This document shows positions 1-11,200 of a stretch of DNA of 64,000 nt, piece after piece. The stretch lies in NCBI GenBank assembly GCA_964248365.1, contig CAXTYC010000023.1, positions 11,598 to 75,597 of the forward strand. Direction: 5' to 3'. Position 1 is the stretch's first letter; each line of letters opens with the position of its first letter. The notes below the pieces were generated by a model, which was given only the letters and a program-made list of their open reading frames with translations, ran no database searches and was not told the origin of the DNA. The position numbers were made by a program, and so were the translations under genes. The DNA is from an uncultured Chroococcidiopsis sp. GTDB lineage: Bacteria > Cyanobacteriota > Cyanobacteriia > Cyanobacteriales > Chroococcidiopsidaceae.

Positions 1-242
1 CTGGCTTAAAAGATATTGTTGAGCATCAGCAAAACGGCTACCTGGCTAAACCCTATGAACCAGAGGATCTAGCTCAAGGCATTGCCTATGTGCTAGAAAA
101 CGACGAACGCCATCAAAAACTGTGCGATCGCGCGAGGGAGAAAGCTGAAAAAGAATTTACCCTAGAACTACAAGGATGGCGCTACTTGTCTCTGTTTAAC
201 GAAATTATGAATGAAGGCGATCGCCTGCATCACAAGACTTGA
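1..242 (+). CDS. 3' end of a GT4-type glycosyltransferase (start lies upstream of the window)
   Basis: Frame from nt 3 reads GLKDIVEHQQNGYLAKPYEPEDLAQGIAYVL...FTLELQGWRYLSLFNEI, stop TGA at 240-242; typical GT-B C-terminus. Confidence 0.85.
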   Translation, partial: GLKDIVEHQQNGYLAKPYEPEDLAQGIAYVLENDERHQKLCDRAREKAEKEFTLELQGWRYLSLFNEIMNEGDRLHHKT

Positions 243-581
243 GTTTATAATTTCAAAAAATTAAGTTTGACAACTTACATATTCTTTACATCAAATCCCT
301 GACTCCCAGTAGCTAGGGACTTTTTTGTGTCGAATTTTTCTAAATTAGTTTAAAGATATTGTGAACCGATTGTGAATTTCCCTGCTAAGCATGGCGACAT
401 TGATTTTTTATTGCTTTAATTTATTTAGCACATTCTCAAAATAAAGTATATTTGTTGATTCCTTAGTATTTTAATTTACACTTTCTCACCAAACAGCAAT
501 TTAATTTTTAAAATTCTTTATTAAATGTATCTATGGTACTAATTATTTCCCAATAAGTCAATAGACATAACTAAATCTACT

Positions 582-1847
582 ATGCCAACTCAAGCAGTGA
601 ATTTAATTAGTAAAAATATGCACTTTATGGGCGATCGCAAGCTAATGCTGTTTGACTTATCAATTTATGGGCATCACCCAAGCTACATTCAGCACTTTAT
701 CAATTATTGGAGCAAACAGGAATTACCAGGTAGCTTAGATATTGTTGTATCCCCGAAGTTCATTCAGGAACACTCTGATGTTGTATTAGCTGCTAATTCC
801 AATAAAGAGGGCATTAATTTTATAGCAATTACTCAAGAAGAAGAAGCAAATTTAAAAACGAGAACCTCTGGCATTAATCGGAATATTCGTGCCTTTCAAG
901 AATGGAGATTATTTTGTAAATATGCACAGAGCCTGAAAGCAAATCAATCTTTAATCATGTACTTCGATCCTTACCTGCTACCTTTAGCTGTGGGGATGAA
1001 GTCACCCTGCTCGTTTTCTGGTATTTACTTTAGACCAACCTTTCATTATTCTAGCTTCAGCAATTTCAGGGCATCGTGGAGCAATCCATTACAGCAATGG
1101 CGAGAAAAATTTATTTTAAATCGTGTTTTGCGTCATTCACAGCTTAAAACATTATTCTGTCTCGATCCTTTTGCAGTTAAACATATTAATAACTTTAATA
1201 GGGCAGCAAGCGCAGTACACTTACCCGATCCAGTTTTGTTACAAAATGAAAATGAAGGCAAGCTAGAAAATTTAAAACAGAAGTTTGGAATTAATTCGGA
1301 AAAGAAAGTATTTCTTTTATTCGGAGCATTAAATGGGCGCAAAGGAATTTACCAGCTATTAGAGGCTATTGGGTTGTTACCACCTGCTCTATGTGAACAA
1401 ATGTGTTTGGTATTTGTAGGAGAAGCAAATCCTACAGATCAAGCCTTAATTAAATCTAAAGTAGCAGCTACTTGTCAAGCTCAGCCTGTGCAAATTATTG
1501 AACATTATGAGTTTGTGCCAGAACAAGACATTCAAGCATATTTTCAACTAGCAGATGTTGTTTTAGCCCCATATCAACATCATGTTGGTATGAGTGGAAT
1601 TTTACTCTTAGCCGCTGCTGCTAACAAGCCCGTTTTAAGTTCAAATTATGGCTTGATGGGAGAAATGGTGCAGCGTTACCAGCTAGGTATAACAGTTGAT
1701 TCAACCCTGCCAGAGGAAATTGCTAAGGGATTGCAACGCTGCTTAGACAAATCTCCAGACGAATTGCGCGATCGCACACTAATGCAGTTGCTTGTAGAAA
1801 AAAACTCAGCCGAAGAATTTGCCACTATACTTTTTCAATACGTATGA
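582..1847 (+). CDS. Glycosyltransferase family 4 (GT-B)
   Basis: FGALNGRKGIYQLLEA and ADVVLAPY...GMSGILLLAAAANKPVL motifs. Confidence 0.85.
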   Translation: MPTQAVNLISKNMHFMGDRKLMLFDLSIYGHHPSYIQHFINYWSKQELPGSLDIVVSPKFIQEHSDVVLAANSNKEGINFIAITQEEEANLKTRTSGINRNIRAFQEWRLFCKYAQSLKANQSLIMYFDPYLLPLAVGMKSPCSFSGIYFRPTFHYSSFSNFRASWSNPLQQWREKFILNRVLRHSQLKTLFCLDPFAVKHINNFNRAASAVHLPDPVLLQNENEGKLENLKQKFGINSEKKVFLLFGALNGRKGIYQLLEAIGLLPPALCEQMCLVFVGEANPTDQALIKSKVAATCQAQPVQIIEHYEFVPEQDIQAYFQLADVVLAPYQHHVGMSGILLLAAAANKPVLSSNYGLMGEMVQRYQLGITVDSTLPEEIAKGLQRCLDKSPDELRDRTLMQLLVEKNSAEEFATILFQYV

Positions 1848-1977
1848 AATAAGTACTTCAAAACAATAAAATTACTGAAGATTCTCCTAGCAAAATTAAT
1901 TGATATGTTGATATCTAATAAGTAATATTATCAAAAGTTCCTGATTTGTATTTGAGTAAGTTAAAGGATATTTTCAA

Positions 1978-3264
1978 ATGGCTCAACTTACCGTAAAGAA
2001 GCTTATACCTCTAGGATTTATAAAGCTTATAAAGAGCTTAATTAAACCAATCCATAAGTTTACTGTTAAACTGCTGCATAATTCTCCTATTAGTTCTGAA
2101 ATTATAGGTCCTCCTAAAGGATTTTATATTTCAACCAAAGATTGGATAGCTAGACATAGTTTAGATGAAAGCAAAAGTCAAGCAAGCTATGAAGAAATTT
2201 ATCCAAACCATCAAGTAACTCGGTTAAAACCTAAAACTGTAGATAAAGATATACACTGGCAGTTCCGGCTACAATCGGTCTATGAATTTCCTAACACATT
2301 TGTCGCTGTAATTCCTGGTGGACGTGTTTTCGGAGATAAAGGAGTAGTTATTACTCCTGACGATCAGCTTTTAGCAGATGTTTCTATAGAACTAGGAGCT
2401 TTAAGTCCAGAAAAAGCAAATCATCATTCAATCTTTCGTCAATTAAAATTACCTTCTCTAACTAGTATAGATAAAACGGTAGCTCTACTATCAGTAGGAG
2501 GCGGAAAAGACATATATTTTCACTGGATGTTTGATCTACTACCGCGCATTCATTTACTGCGCTGTAGTGGAATTCCTATAAACTCTATAGATAATTTTAT
2601 TATCAATAAAATTCATCTGCCATTTCAACAAGAAACACTATCTATCTTGGGTATTCCCCAGGAAAAAATAATAGAAAGTCATAATCACTTTCACATAAAA
2701 GCAAAAAAATTAGTAGTACCTGCGTTACCGAGTATACCTGGTCAAGTACCTAAATGGGTTTGTGAATTTCTTAGAAAAGAGTTTTTGTATAACCAGGTGG
2801 GAATCAAAATAGATGGATGGGAACGTGTTTATATAAGTCGTGCTAAGGCAAAGCACCGTAGAGTTATTAATGAAGAAGAGGTAATCAATTTTTTAGATAA
2901 ACTTGAATTTAAAACTCTAATACTAGAGTCAATGACAGTGCCTGAACAAGCATTGTTGTTTTCTTCTGCTAAAGTTATAGTAGCGCCCCACGGAGGTGGT
3001 TTAACTAATGTTGTTTTCTGTCAACCAGGAACAAAAATTATAGAATTTTTCTCTCCAAATTATGTAATTCCAATTTACTGGGCGCTGGCAACTGAGCTAG
3101 GTATTGAATACTATTATCTTTTGGGGGAAGGGCAATCACCAAAACTACCAGAAGACGTTGACTATTACTTGCAGCGTGAAGATTTTTTGGCTGACCTTCA
3201 GAAACATATATCAATAAATATAGACTCTTTAGCAAAGCTGATGAAACTGGCTGGAGTAACTTAA
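1978..3264 (+). CDS. DUF563 / GT61-family glycosyltransferase
   Basis: YFHWMFDLLPR, RVYISRAKAKHRRVINEEEV and VAPHGGGLTNVVFC motifs. Confidence 0.85.
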   Translation: MAQLTVKKLIPLGFIKLIKSLIKPIHKFTVKLLHNSPISSEIIGPPKGFYISTKDWIARHSLDESKSQASYEEIYPNHQVTRLKPKTVDKDIHWQFRLQSVYEFPNTFVAVIPGGRVFGDKGVVITPDDQLLADVSIELGALSPEKANHHSIFRQLKLPSLTSIDKTVALLSVGGGKDIYFHWMFDLLPRIHLLRCSGIPINSIDNFIINKIHLPFQQETLSILGIPQEKIIESHNHFHIKAKKLVVPALPSIPGQVPKWVCEFLRKEFLYNQVGIKIDGWERVYISRAKAKHRRVINEEEVINFLDKLEFKTLILESMTVPEQALLFSSAKVIVAPHGGGLTNVVFCQPGTKIIEFFSPNYVIPIYWALATELGIEYYYLLGEGQSPKLPEDVDYYLQREDFLADLQKHISINIDSLAKLMKLAGVT

Positions 3265-3458
3265 TTAAATTCCTCACAAAGCCTAGAAAGTTTAGTTAAA
3301 TATATTTCCAAAAGATAAGAAATAAAATAACACGCTCTTTTTGAAAAATAATTATCTGTATTGATTTGATGAAATGTCAAATTTTGTAGCTTAAAAACCA
3401 AAAACAGTACGTATAAATTATTATAATTTTACTTCAGGACTATAGTCCTGTTTAAACT

Positions 3459-4637
3459 ATGACTAGCACAGCTTTAGAAGTATCTAAAAAAAAGACTCAC
3501 ACTGATATCCGCATTGCTTGGCTACTGCCATCAGCATTTTTTTACTGGCAACCTGCCATCAGCAAGTTAACGCAGATGTTTCCGCAGACAACTGTGTTTA
3601 CGGGACATTGGCAAGGGTTCGCCCCTGGCTTTGAAGACTCATTCTCGGTAGAAGTTCTAGAAAGAAAGGTTATACAACTTACTCGTACATCGACAGGTTA
3701 TGGCAATAGCTTCACTTACTTACCTTTGAATATTGTTAGCCGATTACTTCGGTTTAAACCTCATATAATTTTTACCAGTTCTTTCGGAGTCTGGACTATC
3801 CTTGCACTGCTGTTAAAGCCATTAGCAAAATGGCAAGTTGTAATTGCTTACGAAGGTAGCTCACCAAGTGTAGACTATCGAGGTTCTGCACCGCGTTTAG
3901 CATTGCGACGGGCAATGGTAAAAGCTGCGGATGCCTTAATTACTAACAGTCGAGGGGGAAAAGCTTATTTAATAGATATCCTCAAGGCTAAAGAGAGTAA
4001 GGTTTTTCATCAACCTTATGAAGTTCCGGCTACAACAGCTTTGATGGGATACACCCAAAAAGATGAGCGGGGCAATATCGACCAATTACAAAAACCAGTT
4101 TTTCTATTTGTAGGTGGTATCGTCCCCAGAAAAGGTCTGCATCTATTGTTAGAAGCTTGCGTTGTTCTTCAGAAACAAGGATATCGCAACTATACATTAC
4201 TAGTCGTCGGTGACGGAGCGCAGCGAAAAGAACTTGAAGCCTTTAGTCAAAAACATCAGCTAGCAGAATGCGTGAAATGGTCAGGCAGAGTAGATTATGG
4301 CAGCCTGGGTACTTATTTTCGCGCCAGCGATGTTTTTGTCCTTCCCACACTAGAAGACACTTGGGGAGTGGTTGTACTCGAAGCAATGGCTTTGGGCAAA
4401 CCTGTTCTGTGTTCTAAATGGGCAGGAGCTTCTGAAATGGTAATTGAAGGGGAAAATGGATACCTTTTTGAGCCGCATCAGCCAGAGGAACTGGCAGAAG
4501 TGATGCGCCGTTTTATCGAGCAGCCAAATCTCAGTATCTCAATGGGCTACAAGTCGCAACAGTTGATGACACAACATACACCAGAGGTAGCAGCCCAGTT
4601 CCTTGCTAACGTTACATCTTTTGTCGTGAGAAATTAA
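3459..4637 (+). CDS. Glycosyltransferase family 4
   Basis: FVGGIVPRKGLHLLLEA; DVFVLPTLEDTWGVVVLEAMALGKPV. Confidence 0.9.
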   Translation: MTSTALEVSKKKTHTDIRIAWLLPSAFFYWQPAISKLTQMFPQTTVFTGHWQGFAPGFEDSFSVEVLERKVIQLTRTSTGYGNSFTYLPLNIVSRLLRFKPHIIFTSSFGVWTILALLLKPLAKWQVVIAYEGSSPSVDYRGSAPRLALRRAMVKAADALITNSRGGKAYLIDILKAKESKVFHQPYEVPATTALMGYTQKDERGNIDQLQKPVFLFVGGIVPRKGLHLLLEACVVLQKQGYRNYTLLVVGDGAQRKELEAFSQKHQLAECVKWSGRVDYGSLGTYFRASDVFVLPTLEDTWGVVVLEAMALGKPVLCSKWAGASEMVIEGENGYLFEPHQPEELAEVMRRFIEQPNLSISMGYKSQQLMTQHTPEVAAQFLANVTSFVVRN

Positions 4638-4642
4638 GCAAG

Positions 4643-5881
4643 ATGAAAAGTATAAAAGTTTTGATCTCAGCTTATGCCTGTAGACCAAACCAAGGCTCTG
4701 AGCCAGGAGTAGGCTGGAATGTAACTAGAGAGTTGGTCAAAAACCATCAAGTATGGGTAATTACTAGAGAAGATAATCGTCCGTCTATAGAAGCTGAGCT
4801 AGCCAAAAATCCAGTTCCTGGGTTGCAAGTTGTCTACTATGACTTGCCCAAATGGGCACGTTGGTGGTATCGAGGACAGCAGTGGGGAGTACAATTTCAC
4901 TACTATCTCTGGCAGATTGGAATTTACTTCTTAGTCCGCAAGCTTCACCGCGAGGTTGGCTTTGATCTAATACATCATGTAACCTACGTAAAATACTGGT
5001 CGCCGAGTTTTCTTTCACTTCTGCCTGTTCCTTTCATCTGGGGACCTGTCGGCGGTGGAGAATCTGCACCAAAAGCTTTCTGGCGAGATTTTAGCTGGCG
5101 GGGAAGAGCTTACGAAACCGTGCGAGATGTGGCTCGCTGGATTGGTGAAAAAGATCCATTCGTGCGTATGACTGTCGAACACAGTACCTTAACTGGGTCA
5201 ACAACGGAAGATACAGCAAAGCGATTGCACAAAATTGGTGCTACAAATGTACAAATAATTTCCGAAACAGCTTTAGCCAGCGAAGAAATAGCACGATTAG
5301 CACACCATACACTGCCCCAAGCTTCGCCAGTCAAATTTATTAGCATGGGTAGGCTGCTGCACTGGAAAGGCTTTCACTTAGGGATACGTGCCTTCGCCGA
5401 GGCAGATTTACCTGAAGATGCTGAGTATTGGCTGCTTGGGGAGGGACCTGAAAGGCAACGGCTTCAGGCTTTGGCTGAGAAATTGGGTATTGCCCACCGT
5501 GTCAAATTCTGGAACAGACTGCCAAGGGAGGAAACCTTGCAGAAGCTGAGTCAATGTGTAGCGCTGGTACACCCCAGCTTGCATGACTCTGGTGGCTGGG
5601 TGTGCTTGGAAGCAATGGCTACAGGTCGCCCTGTGCTTTGCTTGGATCTGGGTGGTCCTGCTGTCCAGGTAACATCAGAAACTGGCTTTAAGGTGGCAGC
5701 ACATACACCAGAACAAGCAGTGCGCGACTTAGCCGCGTCAATGACTCGATTAGCTCAAGATTCCCAGCTAAGAGTAAAGATGGGGCAAGCAGGTCAAAAG
5801 CGGGTTAGTGATGCATACAGCTGGGAAGCTAAGGGTCAGTCCCTGACTCGACTTTACGAAGAAATTCTTGCTCTGCAATAG
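4643..5881 (+). CDS. Glycosyltransferase family 4
   Basis: SAYACRPNQGSEPGVGWN N-terminus; HPSLHDSGGWVCLEAMATGRPV; starts 5 nt after the previous stop. Confidence 0.9.
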   Translation: MKSIKVLISAYACRPNQGSEPGVGWNVTRELVKNHQVWVITREDNRPSIEAELAKNPVPGLQVVYYDLPKWARWWYRGQQWGVQFHYYLWQIGIYFLVRKLHREVGFDLIHHVTYVKYWSPSFLSLLPVPFIWGPVGGGESAPKAFWRDFSWRGRAYETVRDVARWIGEKDPFVRMTVEHSTLTGSTTEDTAKRLHKIGATNVQIISETALASEEIARLAHHTLPQASPVKFISMGRLLHWKGFHLGIRAFAEADLPEDAEYWLLGEGPERQRLQALAEKLGIAHRVKFWNRLPREETLQKLSQCVALVHPSLHDSGGWVCLEAMATGRPVLCLDLGGPAVQVTSETGFKVAAHTPEQAVRDLAASMTRLAQDSQLRVKMGQAGQKRVSDAYSWEAKGQSLTRLYEEILALQ

Positions 5882-5967
5882 ATACTTAGACTAAACCTAC
5901 CCCAGTTCTGTTTCGGTTAATTAAATTCAGTGTTCTCACCTCACCTAAAAGAAGTATCTCTTTCCCT

Positions 5968-6906
5968 ATGACTTCACCTTTAGTCAGTATTATCATCACC
6001 AACTACAACTACGGATGCTACTTAGGCAAGGCTATAGATAGCGCGTTAAACCAAACTTATCCTCATACAGAGGTCATAGTAGTAGATGATGGCTCCACCG
6101 ATAACTCTAAGGAAATCATCGCTAGCTACGGAAAGCAGGTTATCTCAGTGTTCAAGCAGAATGGTGGGCAAGCTTCAGCCTTCAATCAGGGTTTTGCAGT
6201 AAGCAAAGGAGATATTATTTGCTTTCTTGACTCTGATGATATATTCACACCCATAAAAATGGAAGAAGTTGTGAAAACGTTTAAAGAATGCCAAGATATT
6301 GGTTGGTGTTTTCATCATCTTTGTTTAGTAAATATAAGTGAGGCTTTTGCTAAATATAACGATGGATTAAAAAATGAAAAAGTAAATATATTATCTAGAG
6401 AAAACATTGATTTTAGAGTGAAAATTAAAAAAGCAAAGTTACCTAACTTTGTTCCTGCAACTTCTGGGCTTTGCTTCTCACGATCGCTCTTAAATCAGAT
6501 TCTTCCAATGCCTGAAGCTGAAGGTGTATCAATTAGCGACCTTTACATGAAATATATAGCATTAGCTTTAAGTAAAGGCTGTGTTATAAATGGTAATTTA
6601 GCAATTCAAGGTATACACAGTAATAATGCATATACTTGTAAATCCACAATAGAAAAACAAAAAATATATGCAAAAATAGACATCCTAACAGCCTACTGGA
6701 TACGAGTTAAATTCCCAGAACTTGCTAAGACTACTAATAAGTTATTAGCAAGAGGAATTGGAAGTTATTTTCAAAGTGGAAGTATTGAATTACAATATAA
6801 AAAAACTATCAATAATTATTTATTTACTGTCTCTTTAGCTGAGAGGACAAATATAATTATAAAAGCTTTTTACTACTATTTAAAGTTTTGGGTACGCTTA
6901 GCCTAG
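5968..6906 (+). CDS. Glycosyltransferase family 2 (GT-A)
   Basis: VSIIITNYNY, VVDDGSTD, FLDSDD (DxD) motifs. Confidence 0.9.
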   Translation: MTSPLVSIIITNYNYGCYLGKAIDSALNQTYPHTEVIVVDDGSTDNSKEIIASYGKQVISVFKQNGGQASAFNQGFAVSKGDIICFLDSDDIFTPIKMEEVVKTFKECQDIGWCFHHLCLVNISEAFAKYNDGLKNEKVNILSRENIDFRVKIKKAKLPNFVPATSGLCFSRSLLNQILPMPEAEGVSISDLYMKYIALALSKGCVINGNLAIQGIHSNNAYTCKSTIEKQKIYAKIDILTAYWIRVKFPELAKTTNKLLARGIGSYFQSGSIELQYKKTINNYLFTVSLAERTNIIIKAFYYYLKFWVRLA

Positions 6907-6990
6907 CGGTTAAAGTTGAACACAGCTAGTTCAAGATTTAGCAAAAGTACTTTCCCACTATTGCTTTTAATTTAGGTTAATTTTTAACCC

Positions 6991-8145
6991 ATGCCAAATT
7001 GTTTTACATTTAAGCCTAATGTAGTCTTCTTTAGTGGTCTCCTCCTGCCTCCATCTGAGACATTCATCCGCGCTCAAGGGGAAGGGTTGCAGCAATTCAC
7101 TCCCTATTATGTAGGTTCGCGTATAGTAAAGGGTTTATCCTTGCCTTCTGAGCGTACCTTGGTCGTCAATCGAGGTGGATTTTTAGGTGCTGCACAGGAA
7201 GGTTTATTCAAGCTATTAGGATCTGCCCCAAGGTTGTACAAGCAAGTACAGCAGTTAAACCCTGTTTTAATACACGCGCACTTTGGGCTAAATGGATCTC
7301 TAGCCCTCCCTTTGGCACGAATCCTGAAGCTCCCTATGGTGGTGACGTTTCACGGCTCTGATGCTACAAAAAAGGATGAGTATGTACCCTGGTCTTCCAT
7401 CAGTCATCAGATATACTTTCGCCGCCGAGAAGCTCTCAAGCGCGAGGCTAGGCTGTTTATTGCCGTATCGGAGTTTATCAAGACAAAGTTGGTTGAGCAG
7501 GGCTTCCCACCAGACAAAATTGTAGTACATCACATCGGCGTAGACACAGAAGTTTTCCAACCCGATCGGGCTGTGCAGCGTGAGCCAGTTGTGCTGTTTG
7601 TTGGGCGGCTAGCTGAGAAGAAAGGCTGCCAATACTTGATTCAGGCTATGGCTCAGGTACAGGCAGAAATACCTGATGTGGAGCTAGTGATCATTGGCGA
7701 TGGACCACTCAGGCTGCAATTAGAAGATTTAGCAGCCTCATCACTAAAACGCTACCAATTTTTGGGACTACAACCACCGCAGGTAGTCAAGAGTTGGATG
7801 AATCGATCGCTAATGCTTGCTGCTCCAAGTGTCACGGCTTCAACGGGAGATTCTGAGGGTTTGCCTACTGTTGTAGTTGAAGCGCAAGCGATGGGTTTAC
7901 CTGTTGTAGGTTCTGTTCATGCTGGTATCCCCCAAGCGGTAGTGCATGGAGAAACAGGTTTCTTGGCGGCTGAGCGGGATTGGACAAGTTTAGCAGAACA
8001 TATTTTGCGACTACTTAAAGACCCGATACTTTGGCAAAGTTTTAGCTGCAATGGGCAGCAGCGAGTAAGGAATTTATTCGACTTGCATAAGCAAAATCAA
8101 GCTTTAGAAGGTATTTATGAAGCTGTTTTGCGCCAAGAAGTTTGA
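6991..8145 (+). CDS. Glycosyltransferase family 4 (WcaL/AmsK-like)
   Basis: PSETFI, HAHFG, VTFHGSD, GDSEGLPTVVVEAQAMGLPVV. Confidence 0.9.
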   Translation: MPNCFTFKPNVVFFSGLLLPPSETFIRAQGEGLQQFTPYYVGSRIVKGLSLPSERTLVVNRGGFLGAAQEGLFKLLGSAPRLYKQVQQLNPVLIHAHFGLNGSLALPLARILKLPMVVTFHGSDATKKDEYVPWSSISHQIYFRRREALKREARLFIAVSEFIKTKLVEQGFPPDKIVVHHIGVDTEVFQPDRAVQREPVVLFVGRLAEKKGCQYLIQAMAQVQAEIPDVELVIIGDGPLRLQLEDLAASSLKRYQFLGLQPPQVVKSWMNRSLMLAAPSVTASTGDSEGLPTVVVEAQAMGLPVVGSVHAGIPQAVVHGETGFLAAERDWTSLAEHILRLLKDPILWQSFSCNGQQRVRNLFDLHKQNQALEGIYEAVLRQEV

Positions 8146-8207
8146 AGGCAAAAGTAACGTTACGTCTTTTTTTTGATTTTTAGATGAATATTTCTAGGAG
8201 GTAAGAG

Positions 8208-11200
8208 GTGCAGAAATCTCAAGAGCAACAGCAAGCGATCGCAACCACTTTCATACAGGAACCACTTGCAGCATCTAGCGTTACAGATCAGCAGATGGTG
8301 CAAGCGGCTATACTTGCCGATCCTTCAATTGATGAGTGTGTTGTACTAAATCGAGCAAAGGAACCCACTAGAGAGCTTGTTGCTTACGTAGTCTCTAGGG
8401 GAAAGTTCTCTCCAGAGCAGATCCAATCTCACTTGCAAGCTAGTCTGCCTTCAGATCTTTTAGCGATCGCCTATGTACCTGTGTCTAAACTGCCCCTTAC
8501 TCCTACAGGACAAGTGGATGAGCAAGCTTTGATTGCTCTAGAGGTGGTCGATTCTGACTTGGTGCAAAGATGGGAAACTCAACTGCAATCCCTGCCAGAA
8601 ATTGAGCAAGCAGCCCTCGTAGTTCAAGAGTATATAGAAACTTCTCCCCCGCTACATCTGTCAGATTTGCTGCCCGATTGGAAGTCCACCCCAAGCACTA
8701 GTACTGCAACCACAATTACAACTGCAAGCTCTTTTGATGCTATTGAAGAAGCAACCGAATCCAAGGCACTAGCCATCAGCTACGGCGGATCTCTGCCTGA
8801 AGAACCTAATGCTCCCACCACTCTACCAGAAGTTCTGCAAAGAGCAGCTCGTCAAATTCAGGGAGATAGCATTGTCTACCTCCAGCCAGACGGCACAGAA
8901 ATCTTTCAATCTTATGGGGATTTAGTGGAGGAGGCAGAGCGAATTCTAGCTGGACTGAGAAAGCTAGGGTTGAAACCTCAAGACAAAGTAATTTTACAAC
9001 TGGAACTCAACCAAGACATTATCCCAGCGTTCTGGGGTTGTATTTTAGGAGGCTTTATTCCCGTAATTATGGGAGTAGCACCGACTTACAGTTCATCCAA
9101 TAATGCAGTAGACAAGCTGTGTAATGTTTGGCAGTTATTAGATCAGCCTTTAATATTAACCACCCAAGCACTCCAAAAATCAGTACAATCTCTAACTCAA
9201 TGGCTACCCGCTGAAGATTTTCAAGTAAGCTCAATTGAAGCATTAAGAAAAAACACTGCTGATAAATCATATCACCCTTGTAAACCAAATGATCCGGCAT
9301 TTTTCAACCTGACTTCTGGCAGTACCGGAATGCCAAAATGTATCAGTCTGACTCACTGGAATCTAATATCTCGCGCTATAGGAACTAATATCCTCTCTCA
9401 CCACGACTGTGAAGATGTAATTCTAAATTGGCTGCCTTTCGATCATATTGGTAGTATTTCAGACTGGCATATTCGCTGTGTTTACTTAGGCTGTAAACTT
9501 ATTTATACAAATAAAGAATATATTCTTGGTCACCCATTAAACTGGTTAGATTTAATTGATAAATACCGCATTACTCATAGCTGGGCATCTAACTTTGCCT
9601 ATGCCTTGATTTATGATGCCCTCAAACAAGAACCTGAACACAAATGGGATCTATCCTGCGTCAAATCCTTACTCACCGCTGGAGAAGCTGTTTCTTCCAC
9701 TGCTGTGAAGGATTTTATTGAAAGTCTTGCTGTTCATGGTTTCAAAAAAACAGCCATTCGTCCAGCTTTTGGCATGGCAGAGATGGGATCTGGTATTACT
9801 TACTATCAGCCAACAGAAGAAAATCCTCTACTTTTTCATACTGTTGACAAATCTTCTTTAAAAGGCTCCATTAAAAGAGTAAGTGCAGAGCATCCAAATT
9901 GCACAACTTTTACAGATTTAGGTCCAGTGATTCCTGGGGTATCGATTCGGATTGTAGACAAGGAAAACTCACTGTTATCTGAGGATACAATTGGTTGTCT
10001 ACAAGTAAAGGGCGATGCTGTATTTGCTGGCTACTACAAAAACCCAGAAGTCAATAAAGAAGTATTTGTAGAGGATGGCTGGTTTAATACCGGAGATTTA
10101 GGATTTATTTCCGATGGTCATCTGGTTGTTACAGGTAGGGCTAAAGAAACCATTATTATTAATGGAGCCAATTATTACAACCATGAAATTGAAGCGGTAG
10201 TAGAAGAAATTGAAAGAGTTGATGTTTCTTATACTGCTGCCTGTGCTGTGCGGGATGCTAAGGGTACTACCGATAAATTAGCAATCTTTTTCAGTGCTTG
10301 CGGTGTTGATGAAGAGCATCTAATTGAATTGCTAAAGCAAATCCGGCAAACAGTTGTTGGCAAAGTGGGGGTAAATCCTGATTACTTAATTCCTGTTGAA
10401 AAGGAGGTTATTCCCAAAACAGCAATTGGTAAAATTCAGCGATCGCAACTAAGCAAACTTTTTGAAGCGGGTGAATTTGACCATATTCTCAAACGCTTAG
10501 ATATTCTGCTCAAAAACGCTAATACACTGCCAGACTGGTTCTATCGCAAAAGCTGGCGACCGAAAGAAGTTGTATCTTTAAATATTCAACCTCTGACGGG
10601 TCAAACTCTGGTGTTCCTTGACTCATTAGGAATGGGTGAGTTGATCGGTGCAGAACTAAGCCGTCAGTACCAGCCATGTGTCAGCGTCGAGGTGGGGTCA
10701 GATTTTGTTCAGTTGAGTAGCGATCGCTATCAAATCAATCCTCAAAACCCTGACCACTATCGGCAACTACTTGAGTCTGTTTCAGAATGCACTTTACAAA
10801 TTGGTCAAATTCTGCATTTATGGAATTATGACAATTATGCTGGCGAAATTTCAAGTCCAGAGGAACTAGAGCAGGCGCAGGAAAGAGGAATCTACAGTTT
10901 GCTGTTCTTGGTGCAGGCGCTGGCTAAAGTTCAGAGTTCTGAGCATCCAGTTCGCTTGTTAGTTGCAGCTAGTCACACCCAGCCTACCTCGGCATCTGAC
11001 AAAGTTGCGGCTCAAAAAGCGCCGATGTTGGGTTTGATTAAAGCAGTGTCTCAGGAATTATCTTGGCTGGACTGTCGCCATGTGGATTTATCTCTAGACA
11101 CGGTAGAAATCAATGCTGAGCAAATACTGCGAGAGTTACGAGTTTTGCAGCGATCGCCAGAAGTAGCTTACCGCCAAAATCAGCGTTTGGTTCCCTGCTT

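Noticed and set aside
8152-8174. Terminator separating the GT genes from the NRPS
   Set aside because: GTAACGTTAC is only a 10-bp AT-rich palindrome before a T-run, too weak to call; read-through needs RT-PCR.
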